Source: Candidatus Limnocylindrales bacterium (GTDB taxonomy: Bacteria; Patescibacteriota; Microgenomatia; Levybacterales; UBA12049). Taken from it: a stretch of 64,000 nucleotides of DNA. Under the pieces are notes generated by a model. The model did not search any database and was not told the DNA's origin. It saw only the letters and a list, made by a program, of their open reading frames with translations. The number at the start of each line of letters is the position of its first letter. Position 1 is the stretch's first letter. This document shows positions 57,660 to 64,000 of this stretch, in pieces. The translations under genes were made by a program, and so were the position numbers. The stretch is from assembly GCA_035526025.1 (NCBI GenBank), contig DATLDE010000002.1, forward strand, positions 2,340-66,339, in the 5' to 3' direction.

Positions 57660-58199
57660 ATGGAAACAGCAACTCTTGCCAACGGGTGCTTCTGGTGTAC
57701 AGAAGCAATTTTTAAAAGACTAAAAGGCGTTGAATCAGTTACTTCAGGATACGCTAATAGCAACATTCCAAATCCCACCTATGAACAAGTTTGCTCCAAA
57801 ACAACTGGTGCCGCAGAAGCTCTGCAAATAGAATATGACAAAACCCTTGTTGATTTTGAAACACTTCTTGATGTCTTTTTTGCAACACATGATCCAACAA
57901 CTTTGAATCAAGACGGTGCAAATTTCGGGACAGATTATCGCTCAGCCATTTTTTACAAAAATGATGAAGAAAAAAAAGTTGCAGAGGAAAAGATAAAGCA
58001 GTTAAAACAGGAAAAAAAATATGATGATCCGATTGTCACTGCAATAACACCGTTCACAAATTTTTATAAAGCTGAGGACTACCACCAGGACTTTTATGAA
58101 AGCGGCAATCGCCCTGATTATTGTAGATATATTATCGATCCCAAAATTCAAAAACTCCTGACCGGATTTAATGATAAGGTAAAAGAAGAATATAAATGA
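57660..58199 (+). CDS. msrA: Peptide-methionine (S)-sulfoxide reductase, copy 1
   Basis: GCFWCTE, HDPTTLN, YRSAIF, AEDYHQ. Confidence 0.96.
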   Translation: METATLANGCFWCTEAIFKRLKGVESVTSGYANSNIPNPTYEQVCSKTTGAAEALQIEYDKTLVDFETLLDVFFATHDPTTLNQDGANFGTDYRSAIFYKNDEEKKVAEEKIKQLKQEKKYDDPIVTAITPFTNFYKAEDYHQDFYESGNRPDYCRYIIDPKIQKLLTGFNDKVKEEYK

Positions 58200-58423
58200 A
58201 AAAATTTCCTAAAAAATATTCAGGACTTCTAATAGGTATTATTATGCCCTTTATTATGATCCCCATCGTGTCCTTTGTCATAACATATTTAAACGTTGGA
58301 TTTACTTCGGATTTTTTTCAAAAGTGGATGGTTGCACTAGGAGGTGGTCTGCCTGTTGCAGTCCCTGTTGCAATCTTCGTTGCGCCTTTTGTCAAGGGAA
58401 TTGTTGACAAAATTACTGAATAA
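58196..58423 (+). CDS. DUF2798-like small membrane protein
   Basis: Two TM segments; F..W..PVA..VAP. Confidence 0.65.
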   Translation: MKKFPKKYSGLLIGIIMPFIMIPIVSFVITYLNVGFTSDFFQKWMVALGGGLPVAVPVAIFVAPFVKGIVDKITE

Positions 58424-58569
58424 TAGCATCAATAAACCCGAATACATTACAGTATCCTTCGACGAGTTTACTAGATAGGTTTTCCAATCCATTCACAATT
58501 AGCATAATCAAAAAATAAGTGGCTCTTGACAATAATATTGTAAATGTATATACTATAAATATATTTACT

Positions 58570-58989
58570 ATGTGGAAGAGAACTTACACAACTATCACCA
58601 AGAAAGTAACTAAGGAGCAAATGTGGAAGCTGTTTGCTGATGTAAATAATTGGCACACATGGGACAAAGGAACTGAATATGCTCATTTGGAAGGTAAATT
58701 TGAGGCAGGTAATTTCTTTTTCCTCAAATCCCAAGGCGGACCAAAAGTAAAAATAGAACTTCTCGAAACAATAAAAAATAAGAGGTTCGTGGATGTTACC
58801 CGCTTCCCTCTCGCCCTGATGTATGACGAGCATCTCTTTGAAGAAACTCCTCAGGGCCTGAAAATTATATACACAATTTCCGTTAAAGGACTACTAGCAT
58901 TTCTATGGGTAAAAATAGTCGCGCAAAATATTGTGAATAATTTGCCTGAAGATACAAAGAATCAAATAAAAACAGCAAATAAGCTCTAG
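58570..58989 (+). CDS. SRPBCC/polyketide cyclase-like protein
   Basis: W..FADVNNWHTWD..LEGKF..G..F.D.TRFP; ATG at 58570. Confidence 0.8.
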   Translation: MWKRTYTTITKKVTKEQMWKLFADVNNWHTWDKGTEYAHLEGKFEAGNFFFLKSQGGPKVKIELLETIKNKRFVDVTRFPLALMYDEHLFEETPQGLKIIYTISVKGLLAFLWVKIVAQNIVNNLPEDTKNQIKTANKL

Positions 58990-58991
58990 TT

Positions 58992-59453
58992 ATGGTAAAG
59001 AAAAGCAAAATATTTTCAGTAAAAAAAGCTGAAGACAGTTCTGGCTTTCTTCTTTGGCAGGTAACTAGCCTCTGGCAAAGAAGTCTCAATAGGATCCTGA
59101 AAAAGCACCGCTTAACCCAGCCACAATTTGTTGTTCTTGCATCAACACAATGGCTCAATATCTCTGACCCTCATGTAACCCAATCTGACATTTCAAAGCA
59201 TGCAATGATGGATAAGATGCTTGTTTCCAATCTGGTCAGAACACTTGAGCGCAAAAAATTACTAAACCGATTCCGAAGTAAACAAGATACAAGGGCAAAT
59301 ATCATTGTCCCCACGCAAGAGGGAGTTAAACTGCTTTCAGTGGCAGTAAAAGAAGTTGAAAAGTTTGACAGCTCATTTGTCTCACCCCTAGGTAAAAAAG
59401 TGAAAAACTTCAATGATCATTTACTTGAACTAATTAAGGCAAATAAAGAATGA
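58992..59453 (+). CDS. MarR family regulator
   Basis: SGFLLWQV..LTQPQFVVL..VRTLERK..DTRA. Confidence 0.92.
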   Translation: MVKKSKIFSVKKAEDSSGFLLWQVTSLWQRSLNRILKKHRLTQPQFVVLASTQWLNISDPHVTQSDISKHAMMDKMLVSNLVRTLERKKLLNRFRSKQDTRANIIVPTQEGVKLLSVAVKEVEKFDSSFVSPLGKKVKNFNDHLLELIKANKE

Positions 59454-59869
59454 GATATTTTATCGGTATTGTTTCAAAAGAACATGTCATGCTTGGCGTA
59501 AAGATGGGAATCGCACAAATTGGGCACGGAAAAAGATCAGGTCTTGCCAGAATGCAAAAAGGAGACTGGATAATATATTACTCACCAAAGATTGCTCTTG
59601 ATTCCAAAATTCCGCTTAAGGCATTTACGGCGCTCGGGCAAATGAGGGATGACGATATTTATCAAGTAGAAGAGTCTCCGACTTTCAAGCCTTTCAGAAG
59701 AAAAGTAAAATATGAAAAAGTAAAAGATGCACCAATTACTCCACTGATTGAGAAGCTCATTTTTATCAAAAACAAAAAATCCTGGGACTACGTCTTTCGC
59801 TTCGGCCTGGTCGAGATACCAAAAGAGGATTTTGATCTAATTTCAAACACAATGCTGGGAAAGATTTAA
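59450..59869 (+). CDS. EVE domain protein
   Basis: YFIGIVSKEHV..QIGHGK..GDWIIYYSP..FRFGLVEI..DF. Confidence 0.88.
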   Translation: MRYFIGIVSKEHVMLGVKMGIAQIGHGKRSGLARMQKGDWIIYYSPKIALDSKIPLKAFTALGQMRDDDIYQVEESPTFKPFRRKVKYEKVKDAPITPLIEKLIFIKNKKSWDYVFRFGLVEIPKEDFDLISNTMLGKI

Positions 59870-59907
59870 AATCTCCAAATTACAAACTTGAGTGCTATAA
59901 TTATGAT

Positions 59908-60447
59908 ATGGAGAAAGCAACACTGGCCAACGGATGCTTTTGGTGCACAGAAGCAGTATTTAAAAGAGTTAAAGGTGTTCAGTCTGTAATTTCCGGTTAC
60001 GCCGGAGGAGAAGCAGAAAACCCAAATTATTATCAGCTCCATTCCGGAGAAACAGGACATGCTGAAGCACTCCAGATTGAATTTAATCCCAAAGTGGTAA
60101 GCTTTGACCAATTGCTTGATGTGTTTTTTGCAACACATGACCCAACCACTCTTAATAGACAAGGAAATGACATAGGACCACAATACAGATCAGCTATTTT
60201 CTACCACTCGCCGGAGCAGAAAAATATTGCTGAAAATAAAATAAAACAAATAACTGATGAGGAAAAATATGACGATCCAATTGTTACTGCTATAGAACCA
60301 TTTACAAAATTTTACCCCGCAGAAGAATATCATCAGAACTTCTATGAATCCGGCAACCGCCCTGATTATTGCAGATATATAATAGACCCAAAAATCCAAA
60401 AACTCCTGACACAATTCAATGATAAAGTAAAAGAGGAATACAAATAA
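59908..60447 (+). CDS. msrA: Peptide-methionine (S)-sulfoxide reductase, copy 2
   Basis: GCFWCTE, SGYAGG, HAE, HDPTTLNRQG, AEEYHQ. Confidence 0.96.
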   Translation: MEKATLANGCFWCTEAVFKRVKGVQSVISGYAGGEAENPNYYQLHSGETGHAEALQIEFNPKVVSFDQLLDVFFATHDPTTLNRQGNDIGPQYRSAIFYHSPEQKNIAENKIKQITDEEKYDDPIVTAIEPFTKFYPAEEYHQNFYESGNRPDYCRYIIDPKIQKLLTQFNDKVKEEYK

Positions 60448-60486
60448 CAATTTATCTTTGTTAAGAATTTTAGCTACAATATAAAT

Positions 60487-62013
60487 ATGGCAAATGAAGG
60501 TGGAGAATACACTCCTCAAGGTATAGAACTTCCAAATGGCGTTGTTGTAGGTGCAAAAAACGAGAACCGTTTACTTGGAATTCCGTTTATTGAAGCCCAT
60601 ATGGGCCCAATTTCCTTCAGTGAGCTGCAAAGACGGACTGATGCTGCTCTTCCTTTTGCAGAAAAATCAGTAAGAGGAGTCTTGGCAGAGTTGATGTATG
60701 AAGGAAGAGGTTTGGGAAATGTATTAAAATTTAGCAATGAAGAAAAAAAAGCCGAGGCTTCGGCCTTTGCTTTGATTTCAGCCTATTACGGAGTATCATC
60801 ATCTGTTCCCGAGGAATTGACTGATGCATTTGATCAGTTTATACCAAATAATGAAACAACAATTGCAGGAAGAATCGATTATTTCCTGAGAGAAAATCTT
60901 AATGCTTCATCAAAATTATTACAAAACAGATTTACACCCGAAACCAAATTCCCAACTGCCCGTTTAAAAAGAAAAGATTTATCTCCGCGTGAAATGGAAG
61001 CTGAACCTCCCAACCGCTACCGCAGTCCGCAAGTTGATCAATTGGTCTATAAAGGTGAACAACTTACTGAGCAATCAGGTTTTTGGAGCCGGTATGAAAA
61101 TAATTTATATGATGACCAAGCACGAAGATTGGTAGAGGATGGAAAAGATATGGTATTAACAGGCGATCATGGAATAGGTAAAACCCAAATACTTACTCCA
61201 GCAATTTATAAAGAAGCACAACGCCGGGAAATACTAACTCCCAAAAATCAGACTGTCGGAGAGAATAGTCCAAATACTCTTTCATCTATGCTGGCCAGAT
61301 TTAAAAATGATTTCAATGGCAGCATGGAAGATTTTTGTAGAGATATTTTTGGGACAACGGATACTGAAAAGCAAAAATTGGTTGTTATTGATGAATCTAC
61401 TATTTTACTTGATCCACTATTTGTAGAAACGCATGGCACGACTAAAAGCGAGGTGGCAGATTTTTTAAATGCACTTAAATCACAAAACACGCAAATAATT
61501 ATGATCCAGCCAATGCAGCCACGATATGATGAATCTATGCGAAAACAAGCTGCCGAGGAAGTAATAGCATTGGGAAAACAATTTGGTATTGAATTTAATC
61601 ATAAAGAAATTACTGCTCAACCCTTACCAGTTAATGAAGTTAGAGATCTGTTAATTGCGCTAAAAGCTGACAGAAGCTTAATTGATTATTTTACAGATCC
61701 TGAAAATGACGTGTTAAGACATCCCCGCGTTTTTGATGCTCTTCTTGATGCTAGTTTTCCTGATCATTCAAGAAAACATGCGATAAAATCCACTGAGGAC
61801 CTAAAAAACATGCTGACAGATGTATACGATCTTGGAATTGGAGGATTTAAGAAGCCTGGCTATGAATTCCTTTTTGCTCAAAAGCTCGGAGTTCCATCCG
61901 AAGATCTTGCAAATTCATTGAGAAAAATTGGTATTAAAATATCAGATGCTGAACTTGATAAACTTAAAAAAATTGAAAAAGCAAAATCTAGTATAGAGTA
62001 TCTAAATAAATAA
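60487..62013 (+). CDS. Hypothetical protein with P-loop NTPase domain
   Basis: Walker A LTGDHGIGKT; Walker B LVVIDE. Confidence 0.7.
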   Translation: MANEGGEYTPQGIELPNGVVVGAKNENRLLGIPFIEAHMGPISFSELQRRTDAALPFAEKSVRGVLAELMYEGRGLGNVLKFSNEEKKAEASAFALISAYYGVSSSVPEELTDAFDQFIPNNETTIAGRIDYFLRENLNASSKLLQNRFTPETKFPTARLKRKDLSPREMEAEPPNRYRSPQVDQLVYKGEQLTEQSGFWSRYENNLYDDQARRLVEDGKDMVLTGDHGIGKTQILTPAIYKEAQRREILTPKNQTVGENSPNTLSSMLARFKNDFNGSMEDFCRDIFGTTDTEKQKLVVIDESTILLDPLFVETHGTTKSEVADFLNALKSQNTQIIMIQPMQPRYDESMRKQAAEEVIALGKQFGIEFNHKEITAQPLPVNEVRDLLIALKADRSLIDYFTDPENDVLRHPRVFDALLDASFPDHSRKHAIKSTEDLKNMLTDVYDLGIGGFKKPGYEFLFAQKLGVPSEDLANSLRKIGIKISDAELDKLKKIEKAKSSIEYLNK

Positions 62014-62086
62014 AAACAATGACTAGCTTGCATGACTTTACTGTTATAATTCTTATGGTATTCTATTTTCAGGCTATATTTGAACT

Positions 62087-62554
62087 ATGACCCAGGAATT
62101 AAAAATTCGTATCAATAATTTGGCGACAATTGAAAATAAGTTAAAAGAACTGGGTGCATTATTTGTTAAGGAAGAACCTTTTATAGACACTTATTTTAAC
62201 CAACCCGCTGGCAGTGTTCTAAAAATAGTAACTGTTGAGCATTTCTCCAATCTGATAAAACTCGAATCCCAGGACGGTAGATTTAGAGTAATTAGTAAAA
62301 CATTCATTGAAAATGTTGAGAATGAGAAAAGAGAACTTACAGCTGAACTTGGAATCAAATCCGTATTACAAGGAAAACGTATATATTTTGAACTGGAAGA
62401 TTTAAAAATTACAATAGGTCTAATTAATGAACTCGGACAATTTCTCATCCTGACCGGGACAAATCCATCAGAAAATTTTATCACCGAAAAGCTCGGAATA
62501 AAAAATCCTGAATATATCAGAGTTTCATTCGATGAGCTAAGGACTGTTGACTAA
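62087..62554 (+). CDS. CYTH-domain protein
   Basis: ELKIR..LKELGA..DTYF..KR..LGQFL. Confidence 0.72.
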   Translation: MTQELKIRINNLATIENKLKELGALFVKEEPFIDTYFNQPAGSVLKIVTVEHFSNLIKLESQDGRFRVISKTFIENVENEKRELTAELGIKSVLQGKRIYFELEDLKITIGLINELGQFLILTGTNPSENFITEKLGIKNPEYIRVSFDELRTVD

Positions 62555-62569
62555 TGTTATAATCTCAGT

Positions 62570-62881
62570 ATGAATAAATACGGACTTCATGGAAAATTGA
62601 GAGCAAAAAGCGGACAGGGTGACGCACTCGCCTCCATACTTCTCGAAGCATCCAAACTGGTCTCAACTGCTCATGGTTGCCAACTCTATATAGTCAGCAA
62701 AGACACTCAAGATAAAGATCTGATTTGGATAACTGAAGTTTGGGACAGCAAAGAAGACCACGATAACTCGCTAAATGTAGAGGGAGTAAGGGAGTTAATC
62801 TCCAGAGCAATGCCTATCCTTGATGAACCACCGGAAAAAGGACAGGAATTGGAAGTACTAGGCGGAAAAGGATTGGATTAG
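62570..62881 (+). CDS. Antibiotic biosynthesis monooxygenase (ABM) family protein
   Basis: AKSGQGD..GCQLY..ITEVWDSKEDHDNSL. Confidence 0.88.
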   Translation: MNKYGLHGKLRAKSGQGDALASILLEASKLVSTAHGCQLYIVSKDTQDKDLIWITEVWDSKEDHDNSLNVEGVRELISRAMPILDEPPEKGQELEVLGGKGLD

Positions 62882-62893
62882 TAAAAACACCTC

Positions 62894-63580
62894 ATGCAAA
62901 ATAAAAGACAGATTGGAATTGTATTTATCCATGGAGCGGGTCTCGGAAGATGGATATGGAAAGACATTAAAAATTTGATAAAATTACCGGCACTCTACAT
63001 TGATTTGCCAAAAAAAGGAACGCTTGAAGACTCATCAAATTATGCATCAGACAAAATCAAGACTTTTGGAAAAGAAAAAATAATTCTTGTTTGTCACTCA
63101 GCAGGTGGTGTCGTGGGAATTAAAATTGCTGATAAAATTAAAGGAAAACTCATAGGGTTTATCGCGGTAAGCGCTGCGATACCTAGAAACAAGGGTTCGT
63201 TTCTTTCTTGCCTGCCATTTCCAAAAAACCTGATTATGTCTTTAGCGATACGTTTTGCGGGTACAAAGCCGCCTAACTCGGCAATAGTTCAAGGACTATG
63301 CAGTGATCTTACTTCAGAACAAGCAGAAAATGTTGTAAAACAATTTAAGTTAGAATCCAAAGATTACTATTCGGATAAGAGTGATGCTCCAGCTCCAGAT
63401 ACAAAAAAACTTTTTATTATAACCCTCAAGGATAAAGAGCTCCCTGAGGAACTTCAGCGAAAAATGGCGTCCAATTTACGTACTGATGATGTTGTGTCAA
63501 TCGACTCCGGACATATGCCTATGCTCAGTAAGCCCAAACAATTAGCTGAGATAATAAATAATTTTGCTAATAAAATTTAA
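62894..63580 (+). CDS. Alpha/beta hydrolase
   Basis: FIHGAG, VCHSAGG nucleophile elbow, D..GHMPMLSKP. Confidence 0.88.
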   Translation: MQNKRQIGIVFIHGAGLGRWIWKDIKNLIKLPALYIDLPKKGTLEDSSNYASDKIKTFGKEKIILVCHSAGGVVGIKIADKIKGKLIGFIAVSAAIPRNKGSFLSCLPFPKNLIMSLAIRFAGTKPPNSAIVQGLCSDLTSEQAENVVKQFKLESKDYYSDKSDAPAPDTKKLFIITLKDKELPEELQRKMASNLRTDDVVSIDSGHMPMLSKPKQLAEIINNFANKI

Positions 63581-64000
63581 TGGCTATGAGTAAATATGTT
63601 GCTTTTCTTCGCGGGATAAATGTTGGCGGAAACAAAAAAGTCCCCATGGAAGACTTGCGTAAAACTTTTGAATCCCTCGGATTTACAAACGTAAAGACAT
63701 TACTAAACACGGGGAACGTTGTTTTTGAAGGAGAAAAAACTAATGCAGAAACGGTTGAACAAGAATTGGAAAAACATTTTGGATTCCCGATAAGCGTAAT
63801 CATCCGCACAATTTATGATATTAAAAGCCTGGTTGACTCCAACCCTTTTGATGGAATCGAAGTAACTGAGCAGACCAGACTCTATATTACTTTTTTAAAA
63901 GAAAAAAATAAAAGCAAACTAAAAATTCCATATGAATCTCCTGAGCTGGATTTTAAAATACTCAAAGTCACCGAAGGCGAAGTCATAAGTGTCCTGACAC
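63580..64000 (+). CDS. DUF1697 family protein, 3' end outside window
   Basis: Hand translation MAMSKYVAFLRGINVGGNKKVPMEDLR..GFTNVKTLLNTGNVVF. Confidence 0.88.
   Translation, partial: MAMSKYVAFLRGINVGGNKKVPMEDLRKTFESLGFTNVKTLLNTGNVVFEGEKTNAETVEQELEKHFGFPISVIIRTIYDIKSLVDSNPFDGIEVTEQTRLYITFLKEKNKSKLKIPYESPELDFKILKVTEGEVISVLT

Noticed and set aside
2819-63809. Numerous antisense or overlapping ORFs in the track (e.g. 2819-3325, 13395-13931, 17485-17964, 33717-34145, 47923-48342, 50037-50552, 63567-63809)
   Set aside because: They are shadows of well-supported genes on the opposite strand or another frame and contain no recognisable motifs.

Overview
Low-GC, gene-dense bacterial chromosome segment. 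Gene content and style point to a Patescibacteria/CPR genome, probably Microgenomates-like (inference): archaeal-type ATP-dependent ligase, PyrH and Cmk, a stand-alone PolA 5'-3' exonuclease, a VirD4-like ATPase, many orphans and many apparently leaderless genes. Main blocks: housekeeping and repair genes (tpiA, pcrA, ligase, recF, pyrH, mutM, ftsH, murD, murI, gap); three tRNAs (two CAT, and a rare tRNA-Ile with a TAT anticodon); a tRNA-adjacent island with a GIY-YIG nuclease, a group-3 sigma factor and a ParB-like/sigma4-like fusion; a GNAT-HAD-glmS-yvcK operon; an nrdR-nrdJ locus followed by a B12 salvage module with two cobalamin riboswitches, the second preceding an unknown protein and an unannotated 47-aa tri-CxxC mini-protein; a redox/copper region with a candidate MarR regulon (three copies of TTAACTTAGTTAA); and a duplicated msrA flanking an SRPBCC-MarR-EVE cassette. 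The most striking unexplained signal is a set of 7-nt-period tandem arrays, present both in frame inside housekeeping genes and as two closely related inverted intergenic arrays 30 kb apart. No CRISPR array, rRNA or intact transposase was seen. All calls come from motif recognition by eye; no database searches were run.
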